Below are positions 24,021 to 39,491 of a stretch of 64,000 nucleotides of DNA, in pieces; positions within the stretch are counted from its first letter, which is position 1, and every line of letters begins with the position of its first letter. The notes beneath the pieces are model-generated. The model did not search any database and was not told the DNA's origin. It saw only the letters and a list, made by a program, of their open reading frames with translations. A program made the translations under genes and the position numbers. Source of the stretch: the human T2T-CHM13v2.0 reference genome, Homo sapiens; the NCBI RefSeq assembly GCF_009914755.1, contig NC_060932.1; one strand, written 5' to 3'.

Positions 24021-26017
24021 AGCAGGTGTCACTTTTAACCACAAGGTGGCAGCATAATTCTGTTCTCAGCCCTATGCAGCACTTTCTTTAAGGAAAGCTG
24101 CTCAATTATTGTTGGTGCCTTATGCTTGGCATTTGAATTGTCTTCATTAGCCTGCACTATCAGCCACCAAAATCAATTCCAACAGGAGAAAAAAAAAAGC
24201 CACACAAATTAATGAAAGGTGCAGACCAAATGGCAGCTATTTATTTCTTTGGCCAAACATCCTTAACAGGTAGGTTCTCTGATCATAGCAAATTCTATAA
24301 ATAATAATTTGGTAGAGATGGGATGGCCAGTGAGATTAGATATGGAAACAGACACTTTAGAGTTCTTTTGAAGCAGGTCTAGGTCAGTAATGATAGTCAT
24401 TACCTTTTTACAGCTGTTGCAGTTGACACATAATTAAACATGATAGAAACCACCTCCACTCATGACCCCTCACTGTTGGATGAAATATGGTCAAGGGCCC
24501 AATCCCAGTGGGAATTCTTCCTTCCTGGTCATTACCAGGCGTGGGAACCATGTGGTAAAATGACACTTTATGGGCTCTAAATTAACCAGATTTAATGATG
24601 GCGGAGGAAGCAGATTCTTTGGTGGGTTCCCTGGTCCTGTGAGCACACTGACAGCTGCACAGGCTAAGATGAAATAAACTCTGAACAGAATCCTCAAGCC
24701 CCAGAAAGAGTTTTAAGCTAAAGTGTGCAAATTCAGGTAGTCTTCCGTTCAGGTTACAGGGACTGTGCTACAGAAAAGCCTGCCACACTGAACTCTGCAC
24801 GGATGAGTGTCTGTTGGAAACACATGGGGAATCACCTACCCAGATATTTACTATTCCATCCTGCTAAGGTACAAAGGCTTTTGCCTACACATGATTGTTA
24901 TCAAGATCGCCCTATTCTGATCCTGCACTGAGTCAGGGGCAGAACACACCCAAAGCACAGAGGGTGGTGGAAGGTAAGCTTTTCTTGTTTATAGATTCCT
25001 GAATCCTTTTCTAATGTCCCCACCCAGTGATATCTTGACATCTCTTTCTGCAGCAGTTTAAGAATGAGTGTAGATGAAAGAAACCTGGAATGCCTTAACA
25101 TCACCAGACCACAGTGACCCTGCTATCAGGACTCACTGCTCATGGGAGAGAGACCGGCACTCATCCTAAAAGCAAGTTATAAATCCTCATGGCTGTCTGT
25201 CAGCATAACCTGGTCACTTTTTGTACACACCAAACCTATCGATCTGCACAGAAAACAGGAAAGCTGACCCTTTTGGTGGAGGGGTATGTGGGGCTGTCAC
25301 TTGTCTTCAATAATACATTAAACTTACATCACAGAAATAATATAGTTTATTGTTTATAAACACTTTTGCCCCAGACAAGCCAAAAGGCAAGTGAATTTGA
25401 TGGGTAAGGAATCACTTCTAAGGTTGGTTTCCCCCAAATTCTGACTTGGAAGCCAATTCTCAAGGTTCATTTTTAATGGTGAAGAGAGAGAGACAGAGAG
25501 AGACACGAGAGAGGGAGGGAGGCAGAGTGCAAGGGCATGGTCTTTCTAGAAGTACGTATCACATGCACTCTGACAGAACCCTGAGATGCGCTTCTATTTG
25601 GGCTAATGCGGTACGTTCTACACTGACTGCATAAGGAGCACGGGTAATGGGGATTCACTTTGCACAAGAAGGCTTCATGGAATGTTTCAGACAGTGTGTA
25701 TTTTGGGCTTTAGGTTCTATTTCTTCCTGCCTTGCATGTTGGCTCATCCAATCTAATTTCCTTGAGGGCAGGGATGTCTCCACCTCACTTCCCACCATAT
25801 TCCTAGCACCTCTATGACCTGGGAAATAGGAGCCAGTCAGGAATTTTTATTGAATACATGTTTCTGTAGGAAGAATGGTGAGTAGATTCTCAAGCAGATT
25901 CTCAAAATGCAAGTTTAATTCATAATTTATACCACAAGGAAGGGAAGGAGAGTAATAGGGATGAGCGCACTAAGCAAACAATTAAAAAATAAGCTAAGAG
26001 TGTCTTAAGGCAAATCC

Positions 26018-26335
26018 TTTTTTTTTGAGACAGCATCTTCCTCTGTCGCCCAGGCTGGAGTGCAGTGGCGTGATCTCGGCTCATGACCCTTTAAGGTAGA
26101 TGTTACTGAATCGATTGTAAGGACTCCTGGGTTTAAGTGATTCCCTGCCTCAGCCTCCTGAGTAGCTGGGACTACAGGTATGTGCCACCACACCTGGTAA
26201 TTTTTTTGTAATTTTAGTAGAGATGGGGTTTCACCACGTTGGCCAGGCTGGTCTTGAACTCCTGATCTCAAGTGATCTGCCAGCCTAGGCCTCCCAAAAT
26301 GCTGGGATTATAGGCATGAGCCACCGCACCTGGCC
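26018..26335 (-). mobile_element. AluS carrying a non-Alu internal patch
   Basis: Reverse Alu; TSD ttaaggcaaatcctt; ~26084-26123 is not Alu sequence. Confidence 0.93.
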
Positions 26336-27239
26336 TTAAGGCAAATCCTTCACTCTGGAATGAACACAGCCATCTGGCTTCTCTGTATTGTCACTGAAGC
26401 AGCTGAACATCTCCTGAGAAAAGTCACAGCACCGTAATATCAGTGTCTTCATCCCCCGCAGCAGGCCTGTCAACTCCAGTAATCTCACCATGTCCCCAAG
26501 CTTAGTGTTCTTCTGACCCCTCTCTGCAATGACAATTTCACACCTTCTCCAGCTCCTAGGTTCCTCACACAAGCCTCAAGGGGGCTGGACCTTCCATTTC
26601 TAAAGGAAAAAGGAGCCTTAAACATTGTTGGCTCTCTTTCCAACATTTTTCATCTGACAAATCTAAGCATCCTATGAGTCTCACTTCCTTGGGGCAGCTT
26701 TCCTGATGCCAAAACCCTCCCACCTCTCAGGTGTGGCTGAGGCCCATCTTTTACAAGTTTTTTCCTTCCTTACTCAAAATTGAAATTATGAAGCAATTCA
26801 AGTGTCTCCTCTGCTGGGCTAAGCCCCAGGAGGGAGGAACTTCAAACTGACCTATCTGGTTCATAACTGTAGCCGTAGTGTGTGGCACACAGTAGGCACT
26901 TAATATTTATTGGATGAATTAATAGTTAAGAGGAAGAAAAGGAGGCAAGAGGAAGTGCATATTGGTCAGATCTTCAAAGGTGGTAAGAGTTGGAAGAAAC
27001 CCTTTTGCTCTGTCCTCTCAAGTGATGCTGAAACTTGATGGGGGCACAAGGAACCTACAAAAGCCTGCTTGCCCGACCACCTGGCCAGGGTAGGTTGGTC
27101 TCCATGGTGCTCCTGCTTGCATATAATCCATTACTGTGGCTTTACCCAAGTTCCCTCCAGGGCCCCCAAGAGGCTCGCTACATACCAGTTTTGACTCATA
27201 GGCTTGACATAAAAAGCACCGAAAAATGGAAGTGAGCAC

Positions 27240-27420
27240 AGACTGTGTGTCTGCCAGCTACTTTACTGTGGGTTATTTTATTTCGTCCTCATGACCCTTT
27301 GCGGTAGATGTTATTGAATCGATTCTATGGATGAGGAAACTGAGGCTCAAAGTTCAGTGCCTTATTTAGGGTCATGCAGCTACAGGCTCTGTCCCCAGCA
27401 CTTCCTCTTCTAACACACTG
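27240..27420 (-). mobile_element. MIR
   Basis: gatgaggaaactgaggctca core motif. Confidence 0.75.
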
Positions 27421-28627
27421 CCCAGCACGCTCTCAGCCCCAGGTATTCACAACCTCCAGGCGTCTGGCCTGTCTGGGACAGCAGCAGACAGGTGAGGATG
27501 TGAGAGCCACACCCATCTCCCTGGCAATCTTAACTTCACTCTATCAGGACTTGTTTTAGGGCCAGAGAGAAGAATGTTCACTCCCATCTGGTACACCCAC
27601 TGCTTACTCCCAGCCATGCATTAATCATAAACCTCCTTCCAAGGTATCTGGAGGGCTTTACAAACATCCCACCAGCTTTGCTGTGATGGATGTGGTGTCT
27701 ACAGGCAGGCCAGTTTACTGAGACCAGCACTATTTGCAGTCACGCTCTGTTAAGCATTGCTTTGCACTGTTTTTATTTGGCTTCTGAGGGCAGTAATTCA
27801 GCCACCTTTTTTTTTTTCATAATAAAAGACTTAAAAAAAAATAAACTTCAGTTTCTTTGCCAAGAGGTTCAAAAATGTACCACTTGACACAAATGCCTCT
27901 CAATCAAATTTCCTACTCGTGGCTCATGATATTGAAAAGATCCACTTCCTTTTAGCACTTGTTTAGCCTGGGCTAACTACAAATGCCCCCTTTCGGCAGA
28001 CAGCTACTACCTCACTGGGACTGCACAGTAAAAGATGCTTGATCTGGGAAAAGTAAACCCTCAAGACTGGAGAAGTAGAATTTAAGAGCAGATGATCATT
28101 TCATATGTCAAAGGAATGTCAACAGAGGAGTTTGTAACACCAGTTCACTGTGAGCTAGTGCCAAATTAGAGAACGCGTCCTGTGGTCTCTCCCACACCAT
28201 TAGATGTACTGCCATCGTAAGGACTGCTGGCTTAACAGTGCTAATATTGTACCCAGCAATGGCAAAAATGTGGCTGAAATCATTACGCAGTACTTAAATA
28301 ATGGCTATCTTTATGAAGTTTTAAAAATATTAATAGCCAGGCAAAATATTTCTTGATTCATAAAAATAGAACCAAAATCCTCAAAACACACATCCCTCCA
28401 AGTTATTTACTGGTGTTATTGTGAATTACTTAGGGCTGGGGAAATGTTTCAAGAGAGACTAGCTTGATTAGAGAAAGTCAGAACTTGTATTTAAAAATAT
28501 ATGTCCAGAGCTTATCCTCACAGCTTTCTGCCTGGAGAGGGCAGGGAAGGCAGATGACTCAAGGGGTGTGACTCCTAGGCCCCTTGTAGAGGAAGGGACA
28601 GGGTCATGGTTCTTGTAGAATGGAACT

Positions 28628-28955
28628 TCCCCAAGGGTGGTCCCAGTTAGCAGCACCTGGGAACTTGTTGAAATGCAGAATTCTGAACCTTCCCCCAGAC
28701 TTATGACTCAGACACTCGGGGGTGGCGGGGCCCGGCAACCTCTGTATTAACAAGCCCTGCAGGTGATCGTGACGCACTCTGAAGTTTGAGAAGCACTGTT
28801 CTAGAAGAGCTGCTAGATGTATATATGGTGATCTGGGATCTTGTTACAGATTCTGATTTGGCAAGTCTGGAGCGGGGCTCAAGAGTCTGCATTTCTAACT
28901 GGCTTCCAGGTGACATCCAGGCTGCCAGTCTGTGAACTACATTTGAAGTAGCACT
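28628..28955. mobile_element. Two adjacent MER5-family fragments
   Basis: cacctgggaacttgttgaaatgcagaattct...gaagtttgagaagcactg, then ctgcatttctaac...ccaggtga in the opposite orientation. Confidence 0.7.
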
Positions 28956-31523
28956 AGTACAGATGCTGAAGGTTATACAGCCGGATCCCTGGAGCTGGAA
29001 CCTAGCCTTCAGTTTACTCAAAGATTATGGGATGATAAAGTCAGAGCTTTTGTTTCCTAGGAGCCTTCTTGATTCCCTTAAAGGAACTTGAATATAAGGC
29101 AGCTCTTTCCCACTCCAGAGTCTGGTAAAATGGCAGTGATCGGGTACATTGCTGCTACGTAGAAGTACAGACCAGGTTCTGCTCCATTCTTTTCCACTGA
29201 ATTGCTGTGTGGCCTGAAGCGAGTCCAAGCCGCCCCATGCCTCAGTTTCCCCTTCTGAAAAATGTGGTCATTTCAAAAGAAGCTAAGGGTTCTTTTGAAC
29301 CCTTAGTTTCTATCATTTTATAAGTTGCCAGTGATTCCTAAAGTCTAAGATAAAAATTCAGGACTTTCCACACAAAGGAGAATGTTGCTCCAGCAAGAAT
29401 CTTAAATTCTTAATGTGATCAATAGTTTCAACTCCCAGAAAGCACAGTCTTAGTAATTTAGAGGCAAACCTGATGAGGCCACAGCAGTTAGGTGGATGTC
29501 AGGAAGAGAAGCCATGGACGGCCTTTTTAGTCAGCATGCAGTGCCGGGAATCACTCCCGACAGCCCTTCCAAAACACCATTTGCACTCTGGCAACATCAC
29601 CATGGTACACCGGCTGCAGGGCTGACTTACAAGTCTCGTTATTTTTTCATTAACATGTACTTGGCATATTTACATATTTACAATTCAAATTTAGAGTAGC
29701 CTTTCAACAAAATGCGAAGACAGAACCAAAACACACAGATGGTGCACGGACAGGTAACGCAGAAAGAAAACACTTCTCCTGAAAGCTTCCGAGGCTGATT
29801 AAAGGCATATACCCAAAATATTGAAAATCTTACACAAAAAGCAAGTTGGAAATGGATCCATTTAATTTCTAATCTCAGGACTTGATAAGCTTGAGGAGGT
29901 TCCATATGTGATAAGAGATTCTGGAAAGCTTCTCTGTTTCTCTTACTACAGGCAGTCTGCAACTCGGGTTGGTTTCACTGGTTTCTTGACCAATACCTCG
30001 CATGATATTTTCTACTTGCTGACACTCTGTCATTCATTAAACACATAATTGATAAATACCTACTATGTGCCAGGCACAATTTCATCTTCTAATCACACCA
30101 TGAATATGAAACAATATTGGACCACTATAAACTTTGCAAGAGGTAAAAACCTGTTTAGGATTAAGTTCCTAATACAGAGCTGTATTTTGACCACAAATGA
30201 AAAGCCATTTATTGTTGAACTCCAAGCTTGTGCAATCAGAACAAAAAAGCCACAAGTTCTTTCACTTCTACCATGTTGCACTAGAAACAACATTTAATCA
30301 CAATAATTGCTGCTTGATTCTGTTTAGCCTGGCGGCAGAGGCTCCATGGCATTGATGCAGCTGCAATGCCCTTGGACTGATGTTGTTTCAAGCTGAGAAC
30401 TGTCCCCAATGTGTCTGGTGGATTCCAAAGACAGCCTTTGCATGTTCACACGGTGGAAAGGACTCCCTCCCACGCATGCACTTGACCACAGCCAGGGCCA
30501 GCCGGCCTCTGAGGATGGGCTGGATCCCAGGGACCAGGAAGGTGCTGTATAGAGCCTACCTCCCCCACTTTCTGAATGGAAGAAAACTGATTTCACTTTA
30601 CAGTTAAAGTGAAAGCTTAAAACAGAAAATATTCATGCAAGAGGTGACACATGCATTCAAAATCACACAGAACATAAATGACTGGCAACAGACCAAGTCA
30701 CCTGGTGAGGAAAAGAGGGGAAGGAGAAGGATGAGAGGGCTGAGGCCAGGACGCAGGGGCCTTGTGCATCTGAGAGAGACAGGACATGGGGGAATAGACT
30801 TAGGGGGCTTTCCAGGTAATTGTTTTCTGCTTCACCTCTTTGCCTGTGGCTGGCCTTAATCCAGGGGGAATTCTGAGAGAATGGCATATATATGTATGTA
30901 TGTATGTATGTATTTATATACTCCAATACATTGATCTCCCTCTCCTCCATTCTCCAATTTAGGGAAGTTAAAATTAAGTCAACACAGGTGGGGGAAATCA
31001 GTACAACAGAATAGTAACACTCGTGCAGATCTTGTTCTTTCAGTCTGACATGGCTGAATGTGGAACTCAGTGATCAGAATCAGTCATGCTCTTTGGAAGA
31101 GGTTCTTGTTCATTTCAAAGGCTGCTAATACCTTGGAGAGCCAAAAAGACCTTGGACCCGATACAAAAGGCAATATGGAGAAAACTGGAGGGTCTCTAGT
31201 AGAGACACAACAATGGGACAGAACATTTCTGAGCAAGTGCGTGTTCTGTCAACTGAAGTGATAAGTGTGATTGTGGCCCTATGGAATACCCAGCCTCCAT
31301 CTGTATCAGAGCGCGTGTCCTGCAGGTCCGTTCAGCACACCTGCCCCTCCATCTGTCAGCCTCATAGGCTTCACTTGCCGTCCTTCCCAGGCAAAGATGC
31401 CCTCCAGAATCCCTCACTCCCTGACGTTCTCCCAGTCCTGCCTTGTAACACATGGGGCAATTTGTTAAAGGGCTGAGGCCCAGATATAATAGAGTTGGAG
31501 AGGGGCCCAAGAATCTATATTTT

Positions 31524-31867
<344 letters not shown>

Positions 31868-32918
31868 TGATTCCCAAGTAGGTAATTCACTAGAAAACCC
31901 TTTGAAGGACACAGGTCTCGTGCTTGTGAGTCCTGCACTGCCCAATCCTGAATCTGTTCTCTATCCCTTCTCTCTCTGTGTGGGCACTGAAGTGCCACCT
32001 CTTCCTGGTCCCTTTCCATCTCACTGGTTCTGTAGACAAGCCTCACTGTGTTCCTGGTTCATAGTGTGAAAGTAAAAATCTAATCTCATAGCGGGTCCCC
32101 AGGGGCAGAGGCAGTGAAACTCCAGAAGTCCACAGGGAGAACTCAGAAAACTGACCCTCCTTAGAAAGCCATGGAGCCAATGGGATTACAAGACCTCATG
32201 CACCAAAAAGAATGCAATTCTGAACATCTTTAAAATCACACTGTCTTCCTCGAGATTTTCCATTTTTTTTTTCTATTTGGAAATCATGAATAAAATGGAA
32301 GTTATGGGTTAAGGCTGTGTTTATGAAAAGTCTTGGAGTATAATGTGAAGAGTTTTACATTTTGAGTGTCACAGAGGTTTTCAAGTTGAAGGATCATATG
32401 TGGAACTCACATTGTATGCCACAGTATTAAGAACTTTTTTGGAGAGGCCTTAGAATATGGATTCATTAAGCTAACATTTTAAAGAGAGCCTTTCCCTGTG
32501 CTGAGTTCAAAGCCCTTTGTATGTAAGGCAGTCAACATGGTCACTCTACCCCCAATTTCCATTTTCTTTGGAAAGTAGAGACCAAGGAAAGTCTTCAGGT
32601 TGTACAATGAGAACAAATATCACAGTATGGCTCTGACAGCCCTGCCCCCTTCACTTCTCTATGCTACGTTTTCACTCTTTTTCTGGAAAGGGTATTTTAA
32701 AGGCATTCAACAGAGAGGCAGAGAGAGAGAGAGTAGCCTATGATACAGCGGCAAGGTTTGCAGGTAGGGACAGGCATATATTAGAGACATGTTGTGGGAA
32801 GTGCGGGAAAAAGGTGCCAACAACATCTTCTAGAAATGTGGAAGTTATTTGATTTTAAGTTAATTTATCATAAAAGAAACATGGATCTCATGGAGTACAA
32901 GGTTCTATTAAGAACTTA

Positions 32919-33313
<395 letters not shown>

Positions 33314-34106
33314 TCACACTTCTCTGCCACTGAGGCTTTGAGGAGGTCTGGCTGTACTAAGAGCATAGACTATATTTCTGTGAGTGGCACCTCCTAGAGG
33401 CATGAGGTTTGCACTAAATAGCCGTGGCAGTGGCCCTGCCAATGCTTACTGTGAGAAATATAACAGTGGAATCTGGTCCGGGGGAATCACTGTGTGCTTA
33501 TTTCTCATGCATCTATTACAGGAAAACTTCAAGAAAAATATATTTACAAAACAGGACAAGAAGATGTGTTTTTAGGACAAAAAGAAAACTCATCTAGGAA
33601 AATCAAGGTAGCCACTGACATCTAGTAATTGCTATTGGGAAAAGAAGTTAGTATGTATCATTTTGTCCATCGGATTAAATAATATAAGCTATGTGGTTTC
33701 ATTCTAGTTCTTTTTGTAAGCAATTATTTCTAACAGTTACGTGATTTCTAGACACAAATTGTAAAACAATATGCTATTATCCCATAAACAAGAATAATTC
33801 AGTCTTTTTCACATCACATATTTTAGACCTTTCTCCAAACTCTTCAAAATTCTACTTCATTATACTTAATAAATTGCCATGTTATAGTGTTTCAGGAATA
33901 AACAAACTTTAGGGGCAACTGGCTCACTAGTAGTCACTGGTAACACTCTGCTTCCCTTTACGAAGAACATAATTAAGAACAATGTAAGGTGTTCTGCAGT
34001 AGCCACTTATCTATCATACGTTTTTGATTCTGTAGCCAGGATCCATCTAAGACACCAAGATGTATGACTACAGTATAGTTCTCAAACTATTAATACTCTC
34101 CCAAAG

Positions 34107-34197
34107 TATAATACTACATATAATATATATAATACTACATATTATATACTAATATATAATATATATAATATAGTAGTATATATAATACTACTACTGT
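34107..34197. repeat. AT-rich low-complexity (TA/TAC) tract
   Basis: tataatactacatat-type repeats. Confidence 0.8.
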
Positions 34198-35218
34198 AAG
34201 AATTTAAAAGGGTAAGGTGAACCTGACAGATCAAATTCCAATCTCACGTTTCCTAACAGAGTGGTGTTCTGCTCCACTTCCTCTCATCTGTGACTTCGTA
34301 TGGCTTTCAGATGAACTGAAGGACATGCTCTGCCACAGCTCACTGGAATACCAACATCCTCCAGGACTGCAGCTGGCACAGTCCTACTGACATGAGCTCA
34401 GGACTCTATGAGGTAGCAGCTGAACCTACTGATGAAGTAATGTCATAAAAGTAGCTTTTATAAAATATTAATATAAGAAATTATCTTGATTTATCTGAAT
34501 TTCTCATAAAACTATTAAATGACATTGTTCTACTGTGTGGTACATAAAGCTTTATGTGTCTGTGTGATAAACTCCTAGAGATTTTACTTCTCAGAAGAAG
34601 GTTTTCTGTCCTGGTGAAGTAGTTTGCCTTTTTGTATAAAAGATAAACTACACATACAAAAATCATATTTCCTTTCTTCTTTTCCCCTCACATGGCTGGC
34701 TGGATGCTCAAAGCTGTAATTATCTTTAATTATAGCAATTATCTTCGTCTAGCTCTTTCTTTCCTCTGCCTACACCAATGCCAATTACAAGTTTTTTATT
34801 TCATATGTTTTAAAAAACCTTATGTGTCTTTATTATAACAACTTCAATATTTTTAGAAGCAGATATTAATTTCTGAATAATGGATACATGAAACTTGAAG
34901 TTTAATTACCATGGACTATTCCTTTATAGATTTTAAAAGTTCTCAATCTCCAGATTATGCTTTAGAAGGAAAATACATTTTCAAAAGAGCAAAGAATAAA
35001 AGGAAAAAGGAAGTCAGAAAGGAAAAGACTTTCCCATCAAACTAACCTTAGGGACCATAAGCTCTGATCTCTAAAAAAAATAATGAAGTATTACCCAGAT
35101 GATAAGATATGAGATATAGAGACTAAGATGCTGAAAATCAAACCAACGGTATCCTAAAGACTATGGCGACCTATTAAATTAGACCAGTGGTTTTCAACCC
35201 TGGCTATCCATTGCCAAC

Positions 35219-35526
<308 letters not shown>

Positions 35527-36419
35527 TAATGCCGAGGTCTAACTCTCAAAGTTGGCTTAATAGATCAGGAATGGGGCCTTGACATTGATATTTGTGAAGG
35601 TGTCCCCAGGGTATCTGAATATATGTTTGGGGCTGAGAATCACTGAGCTAGACTATTCATTCATATTTCTAAACTCTTAACTAGCAGATGCTATTCCATC
35701 TTATTTCTCTTGTAGTATTGGAACATGTCATAATCAGGATGTGGCAATATAAAACAGATACAGCTCATTGTTCCTCTTCCCACATAACGAGTCTATGCTG
35801 CAATTCACATAAACCAAAGTTTCTCACATGTATATCCTTAAAGCCCAGGCCAAAACAGATCATGTTTTGAATCTATTCCAGAGGGTGGTATCTGAGCTCA
35901 CACAACATAAAGACTCAGATTTAGAAGATAGGGATTTTGAGCCACACTTTTTTTTGCTTGTTTGCTACATTATTTCTATGTAGTTTTCTCTGCATCCCTC
36001 AAAAGTTATATGGCTATTGTAATTTATTATAGAAATTAAAATAGCATTATTTTTAAGCATTTTCAAATATAAAAATTTCAACAAGAAATATATAAAATCT
36101 CTTGGCCTGTTACTTGTTTGAGGGTAACATACCACTGTTTTTAAGCGTATGTCAAAGCTGATCCAAAATACATTTCTCTATCCACTTGCAAAATGATCCA
36201 TAATTCTTAGAAAGAATGTACAATAAATCAACACATTATTATGACAATAACTTTTCTTTATGATTTAGGCTATTTTAGCTTTTCTATTGACCTTCATTGT
36301 TTAAACGGACACAGTACACTTTGTTCAGCTCAGTTTGACCAACATTCATTGAAGGGTTCTCATGGGGCAGGTGGACCCAACCATTCCAGCCTCAGCTGGT
36401 TCCTTGGTCTCCTTGACCA

Positions 36420-37205
36420 TGACTTCTCATGTGCTTTTTCTTTCTAGCCCTTGACCATGTCAAGCTTCCCCTCACCTGGAGCTTTTATACTAGCTGTTTG
36501 TTTTCTGGAATGAACATCCTTCAGGTCATCATACAGCTGGTTCCTCCTTATTTTTTCAGTCTTGCTTAAAGATCGTGTTCTCAGAAAAGCATTCTATGAC
36601 CAACCATTCTGAAACTCTCCCGTCCACTCCACTACACTCAGCCTTCATCTCATTACCCTGCTGTCTTTTCCTGTTATCCTTATCTGAAAGCATATTATTT
36701 ATTGGCCTTTGTGTTTATTGTTGTATGTACAACCTCTAGAATAGAACCTTCATGAGCACAAACTCTATGTTTGTCTTTGCAGCTATAACTAAGGCACTGA
36801 TATGGTTTGGCTGTGTCCCCACCCAAATGTCATCTTGAATTGTAGCTCCCATTATTGCCACATGTTACGGGAGAGACCTGGCGGGAGATAACTGAATCAT
36901 GGGAGTGGTTTCCCCCATACTGTTCTCATGGTAGTGAGTAAGTCTCACAAGATCTGATGGTTTTATAAGGGGAACTCCTTTTGTTTGGTTCTCATTTTCT
37001 CTTGCCTGCCGCCATGTAAGACATACCTTTCACCTTCCTCCATGATCGTGAGGACTCTCCAGCCACATGGAACTGTGAGTCCATTAAACTTTTTTTTTTA
37101 TAAGTGACCAGTCTCAGGTATGTCTTTATCAGCAGCATGAAAACGGACTAATACATGCACTTACAGCAGAGCAGGTGCTTAGTAAATATTGATGGAGTGA
37201 ATAAA
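36420..37205 (+). mobile_element. L2 3' end interrupted by a THE1 LTR
   Basis: ctagaatagaacc...ggcac [LTR] ...gcaggtgcttagtaaatattgatggagtgaataaatg. Confidence 0.6.
36798..37155 (+). mobile_element. THE1 (THE1C-like) solo LTR
   Basis: tgatatggtttggctgtgtccccaccc...aaacggactaataca; 5-bp TSD ggcac/tgcac. Confidence 0.9.
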
Positions 37206-38800
37206 TGCATATCTTTGCAGTCTTACTAAGAATAGTACCAAATACAATCCTGTATTCTTTAAGGTTGTAACTACTGATGGCTAATAGATAATGAATGTGT
37301 ACAGTTGCAATTTCATTTTAAGCTATAGTCCCTCATGCAATATGCACATGTTGGGATTTTAATTAGATTCACAGTGCCAGCTACTTTTGCAGAGAAGGCG
37401 TTTTGCAGCCTGTGCTTTGCTGACCTCTGGCTGGCTCCAAGCTTCTGGTAGAGAGGGCTTCTCCATTTGCACATTTTGCAATCTTAGTTGTTCCTTTCAA
37501 TTTCCAGCAGAAGGCAGCTAGACATTAATGTCTGAAACTGTACTTCCAATCGTCTGTTGAGGTTTCTTTAGATCACTTTATCGGGAGTAACACCATGTTT
37601 ATTTGGCATAGGGTCCTCAGTCTGCCATGGTAAAGTTTTTGGGTCTCTTGCAATTGTTCATTTCCATACATGTCAGCTTGAGATGGGAGGTACATTGCAG
37701 AAAGCATCCATTTAATGTTAGTGGACTCATTATAGCCTGGGATCTTTTGTTAGTAATCTTATCCTTCCATTATTACCACATGATACTGAGAGTACTGGCC
37801 AAGAAGTCAGCTGCAATATCTTCAGGACAAATCCTACTGACATATGGAATGACAGTTGGGCACTACCACTATTTTGAGGCACTTCTGTTTGGTCTAGACT
37901 AGCACTTTAAGCCATATTGATAACACACTCTGCCAGCCTTCCAAACATGTGCCTATGTTTGCATGTCAGCTCCATTCAGTATCTTCAGTATTTCAGATTG
38001 CCATTCAGCATAGAAAAGTATATTTGAAACCCCTACCAAAATCAGCTACATTTGTATCTTGTGCAACATGCACAGTTCAGTGCCCTTGCCCAGAGTAGGC
38101 ACCCAGTAAATATTAACTCCTTTTGCTGCTTCCCTGGCTGGTTTAACATAATCTTATTTTATTCAAAAACATACTTAAAGAAGAATCTGCATCTTCCTGC
38201 ATTCAAAGCAGCTGATTCTTCTATTATGATTTATAATTTATAATTGAATTTAACACAGCTGTAACTAAAATAAAGAAATAATCAGATACCAGCTGTCCAT
38301 TTGAATATATTATATATACATTGAGTTTTTAAAATAAGCAGGTTCTTCTGAATCCACTGATGAATTTTAATGTCAGGAAAAGAGGCACAACCAGACATTG
38401 TATTGTGTGATGCAAAAGGAAACCCTGGGCACTAGCTAGAAAGTCTAACGATAATGCAAACTCGCATTGATCAAGCCTCTAAGTCTACATACCAGAATTT
38501 AAAAAATTTTTTTTCACTTCTGTCACTTAAATCATCAAATAGCAAGCAAGAATTTTGCCTACCCATGTCCGTCAACTCACATCCACAAGACAGAGGTTTG
38601 TGTATAAGTTTCTGTGAGAAAATATCAGACCAAATTTCAGACACTGTATAACTATCCAGAATCATTATCATCCATATGCCAACTTAAAAGGCAGAGGTAT
38701 GGGTCAAAGGATGATGCCAAATTATGGTAACCACACATTTGAGAAAACACCCCAGGATATTGGCTCCTCTCCCTAGCTATGAAATACCATAGTTGTTTAA

Positions 38801-39491
<691 letters not shown>

